Below are positions 48,099-57,748 of a stretch of 64,000 bases of DNA, in pieces. The first letter of the stretch is position 1. Each line of letters opens with the position of its first letter. Source of the DNA: an uncultured Gammaproteobacteria bacterium (GTDB lineage: Bacteria > Patescibacteriota > Microgenomatia > UBA8517); the NCBI GenBank assembly GCA_964524515.1, contig CAZGEA010000001.1:361522-425521 (forward strand), in the 5' to 3' direction. The notes beneath the pieces were generated by a model, which was given only the letters and a program-made list of their open reading frames with translations, searched no databases and was not told the DNA's origin. Made by a program: the position numbers and the translations under genes.

Positions 48099-50879
48099 TT
48101 ATTGCAATTGAGGATAATGGCACTTCTTCCATTTTTTACCACTTCCACACCAACATGGATCATTTCGCCCTAATGTTTCTTTCTTAGAATCAGATTTACT
48201 TTTACCTTTTGGAATAAGCATTTCACCAGATTCAGCAACTTGCATTGGGCTTTCAGAAACCAAACCAGTATTATCAGATGAATCAACATTTGTTCGCGCA
48301 ATATCAAGTGGAATCTCGCTATGAACTTGCCTGACTGGTGCCAATCGAAGTAATCTGTGTCCAACTTCTTCATCAATTCTGTCAATTAACCCTTCAAACA
48401 ATCCAAAAGCCTCGTTTTTATATTCAACCAAAGGATCCCTTTGCCCATAAGCTCGAAGCCTAATTCCCTCTCGCAAATCCTCAAGAGTATCCAAATGTTC
48501 AATCCATAATTTATCAATCGATCCCAAATAAGCCTCTTTTTCAACCAACCTCATAATCTTTGATCCCAATTGTTTCTCGCGAATTGTAACTGCTTCATCA
48601 ATAGTTTCCACTAAAAATTCTTTAGTACTATCAACACTTTCAAATTTCTGAATTCTTTGAGCCAATTCTTTTATTGAATGCTCAGGAAGTGGAATAATGT
48701 CCGCAAAAGATATTGCAATTTTTTGAGATATTTCACTATTTAATTTCCAATCTTCTTTCTTTTTATTTTTCTCCAATCCTTTTGAATATAAATCCTCAGG
48801 AATCGATGATAATAAAATTCGCTCTACATGATTTTTTAATTTTCCAACAACTTCTTCACCTAAATTCTCAGAGGACAAGACTCTTTTTCGAAGTTTATAA
48901 ATAATATCTCGTTGATTATTATTAACATCATCATAATCAACAACTGATTTACGACTATCAAAATGAAATCCTTCAACTTTTATTTGAGCACCTTCAATTG
49001 CACGAGAAATTAAAGGATTTTCAATTGGCTGATCATCAGGTAATTGCAATCTATCCATTACACTTTTCAATCTATCTCCTCCAAATATTCTCATCAAATC
49101 ATCTTCCAAACACAAGAAAAATTGCGATGATCCAGGGTCTCCTTGTCGTCCTGCACGCCCTCGCAACTGGTTATCAATACGTCTTGATTCATGTCGCTCA
49201 GTACCCAGTACATGTAATCCTCCAGCATTTTTTACTCTCTCATGATTATCAATCCATTTTTTATAATCTTTTGATTTCTCATAATCAGATCTGCTCATTA
49301 ATGGATCTCGCTCAGGCATTGATCCACCCAAAACAATATCAACTCCACGCCCTGCCATATTAGTCGCAACAGTTACTGCTCCTGGCTTTCCAGCATCAGC
49401 CAAAACTTTAGCTTCACTTTCGTGATTTTTAGCATTTAACACATTATGAGGAATTTTCTTTCGTTTCAAATATTCACTAATAATCTCGTTCTTCTCAATA
49501 GATGTGGTTCCCACTAGAACTGGCTGTCCCTCTTTGTTTCTTCTTAAAATATCCTCAGCAATAGCACCATATTTTGCTTGAAGTGTTTTATAAACCGAAT
49601 CCTGTTCATCTTTTCTCTGAATTGATCTATGTGTTGGAATAACCAAAACCTCCAAATTATAAATTTTCTTAAATTCAGAAGCTTCAGTTGCAGCAGTTCC
49701 AGTCATTCCAGATAAATGCTCATACATTCTAAAATAATTCTGGAAAGAAATAGTAGCCAATGTTTTACTTTCCTGCTGAATTGTCACTCCCTCTTTTGCC
49801 TCAACTGATTGATGAAGTCCATCACTCCAACGACGACCAAACATGAGCCGTCCTGTAAATTCATCAACAATAATTACTTGTCCATCTTTTACTACATAAT
49901 CGCGATCTCGAATATAAAGTCCTCGTGCACGAAGAGCATTCTCAACATGGTGAATCGCTTCAAAATCTTTTTCATATAAATTATCAACGCCTAATAACTT
50001 TTCAATTTTCTCAATTCCTCGCTCAGTCAAACTTGCACTTTTAAACTTCTCATCAATTGTAAAATCAGTTTCAGAATCAAGTTTGTCAATTAATTTTGCA
50101 AAACTAAAATATTTATCTGTAGGTTCACTATCCGGAGCTGAAATAATAAGTGGAGTACGCGCTTCATCAATCAAAATAGAATCAACCTCATCAACAATTG
50201 CAAAATAGTGCCCCCTCTGACTCATTTCCTCCAACGAGGAGACCATGTTGTCTCTCAAATAATCAAATCCAAATTCATTATTAGTTCCATATGTAATATC
50301 TGTGGCATATGCTTCACGTCTTGTGGATGGCTTCAAATGAGAAAGTCTCTCATCTCCATGTGAATTATCAATAAATTTTGGATCATAAACATAAGATTTA
50401 AGTTCTTGAACAATTGCTCCAACTGTCATCCCAAGCATTGCAAAAACAGGACCATTCCATCCAGCATCACGACGAGCCAAATAATCATTAACAGTTACCA
50501 AATGAGAACCATTTCCAGATAATGCTCGAAGGTATAATGCAGGAACAGCAGATAAAGTTTTCCCTTCTCCCGTTTTTTGCTCAGCTACGTTTCCTTCAAA
50601 CAATGCAATCGAAGCCAACAACTGCTCATCATAATGTCTCATTCCAAGAGTTCTATTTGTAGCTTCCCGAACTAAAGCAAATGCTTCAGGTAAAATACTT
50701 TCCAATTTTTCGCCCTTTTTAAATCTCTCTTTAAATTCTGAAGTCTTTTTTGCAAAATCACGGTCCTTAAGCTTAACAATTGAAGTCTCTAATTCATTAA
50801 TCTTTACAACCAATTTTTGATATCTATCTATCTCCCTTTGGTTAATATCAACTACTGACCTAAATAATTTACCAATCAT
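48099..50879 (-). CDS. secA: Preprotein translocase ATPase SecA
   Basis: DEAD-like motor motifs, preprotein cross-linking and scaffold domains, C-terminal zinc finger CWCGSGKKWKKCH. Length 926 aa. Confidence 0.95.
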   Translation of the reverse strand: MIGKLFRSVVDINQREIDRYQKLVVKINELETSIVKLKDRDFAKKTSEFKERFKKGEKLESILPEAFALVREATNRTLGMRHYDEQLLASIALFEGNVAEQKTGEGKTLSAVPALYLRALSGNGSHLVTVNDYLARRDAGWNGPVFAMLGMTVGAIVQELKSYVYDPKFIDNSHGDERLSHLKPSTRREAYATDITYGTNNEFGFDYLRDNMVSSLEEMSQRGHYFAIVDEVDSILIDEARTPLIISAPDSEPTDKYFSFAKLIDKLDSETDFTIDEKFKSASLTERGIEKIEKLLGVDNLYEKDFEAIHHVENALRARGLYIRDRDYVVKDGQVIIVDEFTGRLMFGRRWSDGLHQSVEAKEGVTIQQESKTLATISFQNYFRMYEHLSGMTGTAATEASEFKKIYNLEVLVIPTHRSIQRKDEQDSVYKTLQAKYGAIAEDILRRNKEGQPVLVGTTSIEKNEIISEYLKRKKIPHNVLNAKNHESEAKVLADAGKPGAVTVATNMAGRGVDIVLGGSMPERDPLMSRSDYEKSKDYKKWIDNHERVKNAGGLHVLGTERHESRRIDNQLRGRAGRQGDPGSSQFFLCLEDDLMRIFGGDRLKSVMDRLQLPDDQPIENPLISRAIEGAQIKVEGFHFDSRKSVVDYDDVNNNQRDIIYKLRKRVLSSENLGEEVVGKLKNHVERILLSSIPEDLYSKGLEKNKKKEDWKLNSEISQKIAISFADIIPLPEHSIKELAQRIQKFESVDSTKEFLVETIDEAVTIREKQLGSKIMRLVEKEAYLGSIDKLWIEHLDTLEDLREGIRLRAYGQRDPLVEYKNEAFGLFEGLIDRIDEEVGHRLLRLAPVRQVHSEIPLDIARTNVDSSDNTGLVSESPMQVAESGEMLIPKGKSKSDSKKETLGRNDPCWCGSGKKWKKCHYPQLQ

Positions 50880-50958
50880 AATCGTCCACCATTATACCTT
50901 CACTTTGAAAGTTAAGCCACTTGGAAAAATTACACAAGTAGGCATATAATATCTTCAA

Positions 50959-51429
50959 GTGATAAAAAACAAACAAGAAGCAAGTTCACATTCAAAACTC
51001 TTTAGATCAAATTCCGATAAAGTAATCGGTGGGGTCTGTGGAGGTTTAGGCCAATATTTCGATATTGATTCCACCTTAATTAGAATAATCTTTGTTCTTT
51101 TGGCAGTTTTCGGTGGAGGCGGCATTTTAGCTTATTTTATTTTGTGGATCATAGTACCAGCAAATGGTTCAATTTTAGATAATCCAGAGGATGTAATTAA
51201 AGAAAACGCAAAAGAATTTAAAGAGAAAGTCTCTTCATTCACTAAAGATTTTAGAAATTCAAAAAACAACGACAATTCAAAATCTGTATTTGCAGCTTTA
51301 ATAATAATTTTTGGAGTAATTTTACTTTTGAAAAATTTTGGCTACTTAACTTTTTTCGATTTCGGTCGTCTATGGCCAATATTTGTAATTTTCCTTGGAT
51401 TTATTATTCTTAATAAAAACAAAAAATAA
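50959..51429 (+). CDS. PspC-domain membrane protein
   Basis: DKVIGGVCGGLGQYFDIDSTLIRIIFVLL PspC motif plus TM segments. Confidence 0.7.
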   Translation: MIKNKQEASSHSKLFRSNSDKVIGGVCGGLGQYFDIDSTLIRIIFVLLAVFGGGGILAYFILWIIVPANGSILDNPEDVIKENAKEFKEKVSSFTKDFRNSKNNDNSKSVFAALIIIFGVILLLKNFGYLTFFDFGRLWPIFVIFLGFIILNKNKK

Positions 51430-51433
51430 ATTC

Positions 51434-52096
51434 CTAACTCTTCATTACAAAAACAATATTGCTTTTCAAAGTTGGATGAACAACTTCGATTTTTTCAAAC
51501 ATTTTCTCAAGTCTAGATAAAGATTTCATGGCTTTTGGTCTTTTCTCCCCATAATAAAGTCTATTTATAATTGACCAATCTGATATTTCCTTTAAATTTT
51601 CATAAAAATCATCTGTATCAAAAATTTCTGGATACTCAGTTCCTTGATATAAATCAACACAAACTAAATCAAACTTTTGTTTTTCTTTTTTTTGTTTTTT
51701 TACAAACTCAAAAGCATCATCAATTATGATTTCAACTGTGTCGGGATTAAGTCCCAAATATTTCTTTCCCATTTCAACAATTTGTAAATCAATATCAACT
51801 CCTACAATTTTGCTATCTGGAAATCTTTTTCGAAGCATCCATGCCAAATCTCCTCCCCCTAATCCCAAAATCAATATTTTATTTGGAATACTTTTATTAA
51901 TTTCTTGAAATTTATTAAGTGTTTCAGACCAAACTTCTCTAACCAATTTTCCAGACTGCATAATTCCATCAACTCTAATTGAAATTCCTGATCCCCAAAC
52001 GTCCTCTACTTTTATTTCACCATTATACTGTGATTTAACTTTCTCAAGTACACTTTTTCCTTTTAAAAATTTGCTAATCAAATCATTTGTTTTCAT
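51434..52096 (-). CDS. Spermidine-synthase-family (SpeE-like) SAM-dependent methyltransferase/aminopropyltransferase
   Basis: ILILGLGGGD Rossmann motif plus VDIDL and VDLYQG blocks similar to spermine/spermidine synthases. Shorter than canonical SpeE. Confidence 0.45.
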   Translation of the reverse strand: MKTNDLISKFLKGKSVLEKVKSQYNGEIKVEDVWGSGISIRVDGIMQSGKLVREVWSETLNKFQEINKSIPNKILILGLGGGDLAWMLRKRFPDSKIVGVDIDLQIVEMGKKYLGLNPDTVEIIIDDAFEFVKKQKKEKQKFDLVCVDLYQGTEYPEIFDTDDFYENLKEISDWSIINRLYYGEKRPKAMKSLSRLEKMFEKIEVVHPTLKSNIVFVMKS

Positions 52097-52157
52097 CTAG
52101 AATTATATTCTATCAAATATACTTTAATTCGGTAACTTTTCGGGTATAATTAAATCC

Positions 52158-53309
52158 ATGACTCCACTTTCTGAATTAATGCGACCCAAATCATTAGATG
52201 ATTTTGTAGGACAAGAAAATATTGCTGGGAAAAACGGTTTTATTAGAAAACTAATTAGCTCTCAAAAAATTCCATCACTTATTTTTTGGGGTCCTCCAGG
52301 AACTGGCAAAACAACTTTAGCTCGCATAATCGCAAATCATTTAAAACGTGATTTTTATGAATTTTCTGCTGTTAACACATCAAGCAAAGATATCCAAAAA
52401 ATAATTCCAAAAACAAATGATAATCCACCAATTGTTTTTATTGATGAAATTCACAGATTCAACAAAGCACAACAAGATCGGCTTTTACCAAGCGTTGAAA
52501 AAGGAAATATAATTTTAATTGGAGCAACTACTGAAAACCCATCATTTGAAGTAATAAGTGCACTTTTATCAAGATCTCGAGTGGTAATATTATCAAAACA
52601 TTCAACCTCAAATTTAGAAACAATTCTCCAAATTGCGCTCATTAAAATAAATAGAAAAATAACAAACAAAGCAAAAAAATTTCTAATCGAATCATCAAAT
52701 GGTGATGCGAGAGTTATGTTAAATGTAATTGAAATCGCATCAAATATTTCAAAAAATAAAACTTTAAAAATAAAAAATATTGAAAATTCACTTCAAAGAA
52801 GACAATTAGATTTTGATAAAAATGGCGAAGAATTTTACAATGTCATCTCAGCATTTATTAAATCAATGAGAGCAAGCCAGCCAGATGCTGCACTTTATTA
52901 TCTTGCAAGAATGATTGAGGCAGGCCAAGATCCACTATATATTGCCCGTAGAATGGTCATTTTTGCATCCGAAGATATTGGAATGGCACAACCAACAGCT
53001 TTAGTTGTTGCAAATGAAGTGTTCAAATCTTGCGAAGTAATTGGGCTCCCTGAATGTGCAATTAATTTAGCTCACGGGGTGGTCTATCTATCAACAGCTA
53101 AAAAAGATAGAAGTGCATATGATGGATTATTTGAGGCTTTAGATGATGTAAAAAAATTTGGCAACTTACCAGTTCCATTAAATATTAGAAACGCCCCAAC
53201 AAAATTAATGAAAGATTTAAATTATGGAAAAGATTATCAAATGTATGATAAAAAAAGTTATCTTCCTGAAAAATTAAAAGACAAAAAATATTTTAAAAAT
53301 CAGCAATGA
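52158..53309 (+). CDS. rarA: AAA+ recombination factor RarA/MgsA
   Basis: Walker A GPPGTGKTTLA, Walker B FIDEIHRFNK, sensor-1 and MgsA C-terminal helical domain. Confidence 0.85.
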   Translation: MTPLSELMRPKSLDDFVGQENIAGKNGFIRKLISSQKIPSLIFWGPPGTGKTTLARIIANHLKRDFYEFSAVNTSSKDIQKIIPKTNDNPPIVFIDEIHRFNKAQQDRLLPSVEKGNIILIGATTENPSFEVISALLSRSRVVILSKHSTSNLETILQIALIKINRKITNKAKKFLIESSNGDARVMLNVIEIASNISKNKTLKIKNIENSLQRRQLDFDKNGEEFYNVISAFIKSMRASQPDAALYYLARMIEAGQDPLYIARRMVIFASEDIGMAQPTALVVANEVFKSCEVIGLPECAINLAHGVVYLSTAKKDRSAYDGLFEALDDVKKFGNLPVPLNIRNAPTKLMKDLNYGKDYQMYDKKSYLPEKLKDKKYFKNQQ

Positions 53310-53884
53310 ATAAATACAAAAAAACTGTAAATTTTTTATTTGAAACTGGATCACTTAGAAAAATCCCTAGATCTCACATGCAAACACTTTTAACAAACGA
53401 TCTATCAGATAATATCGCATCTCATTCTTTTAGAGTATCTATTATTGCTTTGTTCTTGGCAAAAATGGAAAAAGCAAATACTGAAAAAGTTCTCACAATG
53501 GCATTGTTTCATGATCTATCTGAAAGTAGAAGTGGCGATCAAAATTGGGTCCACAAAAAGTACGTCAAAGTTTATGAAGACGAAATAATCTCTGATCAAA
53601 TAAAATCACTCCCATATTCCATATACCTAGGAAAAATAATAAACGAATATGTCCAAAGAAAAACAAAAGAATCTCAAATTGCCAAAGATGCTGACTTACT
53701 AGACCAAATTTTGTTACTAAAGGAATATTCACTTCAAGGAAACAAAGAAGCGGATAATTGGATAAAAGGAAAAGAACAACTAAAAAGACTTGTAACTAAA
53801 TCAGCCAAAAAATTAGCAGATGAAATATTTAATCAAAATCCACATGAATGGTGGACTAATCTTTGGACTTCCGAAAGAAGATAA
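53306..53884 (+). CDS. HD-domain hydrolase (YfbR-like 5'-deoxynucleotidase family)
   Basis: HSFRV...LFHDLSE...D metal-binding pattern. Confidence 0.6.
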   Translation: MNKYKKTVNFLFETGSLRKIPRSHMQTLLTNDLSDNIASHSFRVSIIALFLAKMEKANTEKVLTMALFHDLSESRSGDQNWVHKKYVKVYEDEIISDQIKSLPYSIYLGKIINEYVQRKTKESQIAKDADLLDQILLLKEYSLQGNKEADNWIKGKEQLKRLVTKSAKKLADEIFNQNPHEWWTNLWTSERR

Positions 53885-53886
53885 TT

Positions 53887-56124
53887 CTAAATATTTACAA
53901 TTTTTAATCTAAGTGAATTTAAAACAACTGAAATTGATGATGCAGCCATAGCAAAAGCAGAAACAGCAGGTGACAAGCTAATTCCAATAGGATACAAAAT
54001 TCCCATAGCAACTGGAATCAAAATAACATTATATCCAAATGCCCAAATCAAATTTTCCTTTATTATTCTCATTGATTTTTTTGATAATTTTATTGCAGTT
54101 ATTACTGTTCGAATATCTTTATTTAGTAATGTAATTCCAGCAGATTCAATTGCAACATCAGTCCCAGTTCCCATTGCAATTCCAACGTCAGCTGCTGCCA
54201 ATGCAGGTGCATCATTCACTCCATCACCAACAAAAGCGGTAATTCCAGATCTTTTCAATTCTTCAATTTTATTTGCTTTTTGATCTGGCATAACATCAGA
54301 TAATACATTTTCAATTCCAAGTTGATGAGCAATCGCGTTTGCTGCTATTTTATTATCCCCAGTTATCATCGTCACACCGATTTTTTGCTTTTTCAAAGTT
54401 TCAATTGCCTCAAAACTTTCCTTTTTTAAACTGTCAGAAATTGCAATAATACCAATAATTTTGGTGTTATCAGAAAGCAAAACTACAGTCTTCCCATCAC
54501 TTTGCAATTTCTCAATTTCTTGATTTACTAAATCGGTTTTAATATTGTAAGATGTCATCAAACTTAAATTTCCCAGAAGATAATTATTATTTATTATTTC
54601 CCCCTTCACTCCTTTTCCACTAATTGATTCAAAATTCATAAGCTTTTCTATTTCTATTTTTTCTTGATTTGCATAATTTACAATCGCCTCACCAAGTGGA
54701 TGTTCACTTCCCGACTCAAGTGTTGCAGCTATTCCCAAAATTCCACCAGTACTAAATTCAGTATCAGAACTTCTTACAATGTCAGTGACAGTTGGCTTAC
54801 CAATTGTAAGTGTCCCAGTTTTATCAAATGCAATATTTTGCACCTTATACAAAGTTTCCAAACTTTCTGCATTTTTGATTAATATTCCATGCGAAGCAGC
54901 TCGTCCAGTTGCAACCATTATCGCAGTAGGTGTTGCCAATCCCAATGCACAAGGACATGCAATAACCAACACAGCAATCATATTATTCAATGCCTGTACA
55001 GGATTTCCCAAATCAAACCAAATTACAAAAGTTAAAACTGCTATAACTAAAACAATTGGTACAAAATACGAAGAAACTAAATCTGCAAGTCGTGCAATTG
55101 GTGCTCTTGAAGCCTGCGCCTCAGAAACCATTTTTACAATTCTAGATAGCATCGTATCGCGCCCAATTCCAGTAGTCTTCATTAAAAAACTACCTTGTTT
55201 ATTAATAGTTGATCCAATAACAATACTACCCATACTTTTAAGAGTTGGCATGCTTTCTCCAGTTATCATACTTTCATCAACATAGCTCTCTCCTTCAATT
55301 AATTCACCATCAACTGGAATTTTCTCTCCAGGCCGCACACGAATCACATCCCCCAAAAGTACTTCTGATATTAAAATATCAATCTCTTGACCATTCCTCA
55401 CTACTCTTGCAGTTTTAGCTTGCATTCCCAAAAGTTTTTTAATTGCACCCCCCGTTTGATCTTTTGCTGAAGCTTCCAAAAATCTTCCAAGTAAAATTAA
55501 AGCAATAACAAGTGAAGAAGTATCAAAATACATAGTCATCGGCATCCCAATTTTCTCAATAAAATCTGGAAATATAACAAAGGGAATTGAATAAAAAAAT
55601 GCAGCAGATGTTCCCAGTGTTATCAAAGTATCCATACTTGCAGTTCTATTTCGAAGTCCTGACCAAGTTGCAAGATATAGATCTCTCGCTGCCCAAAACT
55701 GGACTATTCCAGCTAAAACAAACAGCACATATGGCTCTGTCAAAATCATTGGAACAAATCCAAACCATTTAGGAAAACTTCCCAAAAAAACAAAAAAAGA
55801 AATTATCAAAGAAACAATTACTTTTATTTTTAATTTTTTAAGTTCTTCCTTTTTAGCTTTTTCTTTTTCAGTTTGCATTTGATCTTGTGCATTTTGGAGA
55901 TCTGCAGATTCATCTAAAGTAATCGTTTTATACCCTGCACTTTCAATCGCATTTGAAACATCACGATCTGAACAATTCTCATTCATGTCAACAATCGCCT
56001 CTTCAGAGGCATAATTAACATTTGCAGAAATTACACCATTTGTCCTAGATAATTTTTTCTCAATTAACCTTGCACATGATGCACAATGCATTCCAATAAT
56101 TGGATATGTTTTTTTAATTGTCAT
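53887..56124 (-). CDS. copA: Copper-translocating P1B-type ATPase
   Basis: N-terminal HMA domain GMHCASCA. CPC motif (IACPCALGLATP). DKTGTLT phosphorylation site. GDGVNDAP hinge. Eight TM. Confidence 0.9.
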   Translation of the reverse strand: MTIKKTYPIIGMHCASCARLIEKKLSRTNGVISANVNYASEEAIVDMNENCSDRDVSNAIESAGYKTITLDESADLQNAQDQMQTEKEKAKKEELKKLKIKVIVSLIISFFVFLGSFPKWFGFVPMILTEPYVLFVLAGIVQFWAARDLYLATWSGLRNRTASMDTLITLGTSAAFFYSIPFVIFPDFIEKIGMPMTMYFDTSSLVIALILLGRFLEASAKDQTGGAIKKLLGMQAKTARVVRNGQEIDILISEVLLGDVIRVRPGEKIPVDGELIEGESYVDESMITGESMPTLKSMGSIVIGSTINKQGSFLMKTTGIGRDTMLSRIVKMVSEAQASRAPIARLADLVSSYFVPIVLVIAVLTFVIWFDLGNPVQALNNMIAVLVIACPCALGLATPTAIMVATGRAASHGILIKNAESLETLYKVQNIAFDKTGTLTIGKPTVTDIVRSSDTEFSTGGILGIAATLESGSEHPLGEAIVNYANQEKIEIEKLMNFESISGKGVKGEIINNNYLLGNLSLMTSYNIKTDLVNQEIEKLQSDGKTVVLLSDNTKIIGIIAISDSLKKESFEAIETLKKQKIGVTMITGDNKIAANAIAHQLGIENVLSDVMPDQKANKIEELKRSGITAFVGDGVNDAPALAAADVGIAMGTGTDVAIESAGITLLNKDIRTVITAIKLSKKSMRIIKENLIWAFGYNVILIPVAMGILYPIGISLSPAVSAFAMAASSISVVLNSLRLKIVNI

Positions 56125-56185
56125 TGTTTCTTTCCAAAGAAAAACCAGTAAATCAAAAAAATAACAATAAATCCAATAATTGTAA

Positions 56186-56464
56186 CTACTGTTTTTTCCA
56201 TATTTGCATTACTTCATTTATTACATGATCTTCCTGTCCATTTTTAATAGAAGATGCGACACATGTTTTCAAGTGATTTTCCAAAATTAAATCACTAGTC
56301 TTTTTAAGTGCTGCTTCAACTGCATTTATTTGATGGACCACATCAATACAATATTCTTGGTCCTCAACCATTCTAATTACTTTGTCCAAATGTCCTCGAG
56401 TAATTTTTAATCGATGAGCTATTTTTCTCTGAATTGATTTATCCCTTGGGATTCCTTTTGGCAT
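56186..56464 (-). CDS. csoR: CsoR/RcnR-family metal-sensing transcriptional repressor
   Basis: 92 aa, alpha-helical. Conserved R.(K/R)..GH...V and C...H ligand positions (ITRGHLDKV; YCIDVVHQ; C at the end of helix 3). Confidence 0.75.
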   Translation of the reverse strand: MPKGIPRDKSIQRKIAHRLKITRGHLDKVIRMVEDQEYCIDVVHQINAVEAALKKTSDLILENHLKTCVASSIKNGQEDHVINEVMQIWKKQ

Positions 56465-56478
56465 ATTATTTATTTTAT

Positions 56479-56500
56479 ATCCCCCCTATAGGGATTGACA
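56479..56500. promoter_or_regulatory. Candidate CsoR operator (ATCCCCCCTATAGGGAT) overlapping a TTGACA -35 box in the copA/csoR divergent intergenic region
   Basis: GC-rich pseudo-palindrome ATCCC-N-TATAGGGAT in an AT-rich spacer. TTGACA lies immediately 3' with GATACT at 17-nt spacing. Confidence 0.4.
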
Positions 56501-56534
56501 ATATACTAACCAAGAGTGATACTAATGTCAACAC

Positions 56535-57521
56535 ATGAATCAAATTTGGATTGCATTTTTAACAGGATTAACAGCAGGTGGAATTTCATGCCTTGCAGTT
56601 CAAGGAGGATTACTCGCCTCATCTCTTGCCCAAGCTGAAGAAAACAAAAAACAAACTTCAACAATTGTATTTTTAATAAGTAAAATCGCAATCTACACAA
56701 TTGCAGGATTTCTTTTAGGATTATTTGGACAGAATCTAAGTATTACTCCAAATCTTCAAGGATGGCTACAAATTTTTGCAGGACTTTATATGTTAGCTAC
56801 TGTTGCCAATTTACTAAATATTCATCCTATTTTTAGATATGTGGTAATCCAACCACCAAAATGGATATATAAATTAATTAAAAATGAATCACAAAAGAAA
56901 TTTGTAGGTCCCGCATTATTAGGGGCACTTACAATATTAATTCCATGTGGAATCACGCAGGCAGTGATGATTTTGGCAATCGGAACCGGAAATCCAATTT
57001 TATCTGCAGCCATAATGTTTGCATTTACTCTTGGAACTAGTCCAATATTTTTAGGGCTTGGTCTATCAGGTGGATTACTATTAAAAAACCCAAAATTTAA
57101 ACTTGTTGCAGCTACATTAATTTTTATTTTAGGAATAAATTCAATTAGTGCAGGAAATGGATTAAGAGGCTCAATCCACACTATCCCAAATTACTGGAAA
57201 GCAATTTTTGAGTCACAAGAAAAAAACATTGACGTTAGCGCACAAACCACAAATGGTTTTCAATTAGTCACAATTAATGTAACTTCAAATGGTTACAAAT
57301 CATCAGCAAATACTCTTACAAAAGGAGTGCCAGTTAAATTAAAATTAGTTTCAAACAATGCAGCAGGATGCGCACGAGCATTTACGATTCCCTCACTTAA
57401 TATTTCCAAAATATTACCAGTAAACGGTGAAGAAGAAATAGAATTTACTCCAACTCAAACAGGAAGATTAGCCTTCAGTTGCAATATGGGAATGTTCACA
57501 GGATCCTTTCAAGTAATTTAA
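56535..57521 (+). CDS. Polytopic membrane protein with C-terminal cupredoxin-like/metal-binding beta domain, in the copper cluster
   Basis: About 6 TM with Gly-rich helices. The C-terminal soluble domain carries conserved Cys/His/Met (AAGCARAF...FSCNMGMFTGSF). Confidence 0.5.
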   Translation: MNQIWIAFLTGLTAGGISCLAVQGGLLASSLAQAEENKKQTSTIVFLISKIAIYTIAGFLLGLFGQNLSITPNLQGWLQIFAGLYMLATVANLLNIHPIFRYVVIQPPKWIYKLIKNESQKKFVGPALLGALTILIPCGITQAVMILAIGTGNPILSAAIMFAFTLGTSPIFLGLGLSGGLLLKNPKFKLVAATLIFILGINSISAGNGLRGSIHTIPNYWKAIFESQEKNIDVSAQTTNGFQLVTINVTSNGYKSSANTLTKGVPVKLKLVSNNAAGCARAFTIPSLNISKILPVNGEEEIEFTPTQTGRLAFSCNMGMFTGSFQVI

Positions 57522-57523
57522 AT

Positions 57524-57748
57524 ATGTTTAATATTTTCAAAAAAACAAAACAAGAAAATTCTAAAATATACAAAATAAAAGGTATGGATTGCGCTTCATG
57601 TGCAATGATAATAGAAAGTGATTTAGAAGACGCAGGAATTAAAGCAAAATGCAGCTACGCCAAAGAGATATTGGAAATCGAAGGTGATCACGATAAAGAA
57701 AAAGTTGAAGAATTGGTAAAAAAATCAGGCTACAATATTATTTCTTAA
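57524..57748 (+). CDS. copZ: Heavy-metal-associated (HMA) domain copper chaperone, CopZ-like
   Basis: The track start is TTG 57479; the ATG at about 57524 gives a 74-aa protein with the GMDCASCA metal-binding loop. Confidence 0.75.
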   Translation: MFNIFKKTKQENSKIYKIKGMDCASCAMIIESDLEDAGIKAKCSYAKEILEIEGDHDKEKVEELVKKSGYNIIS

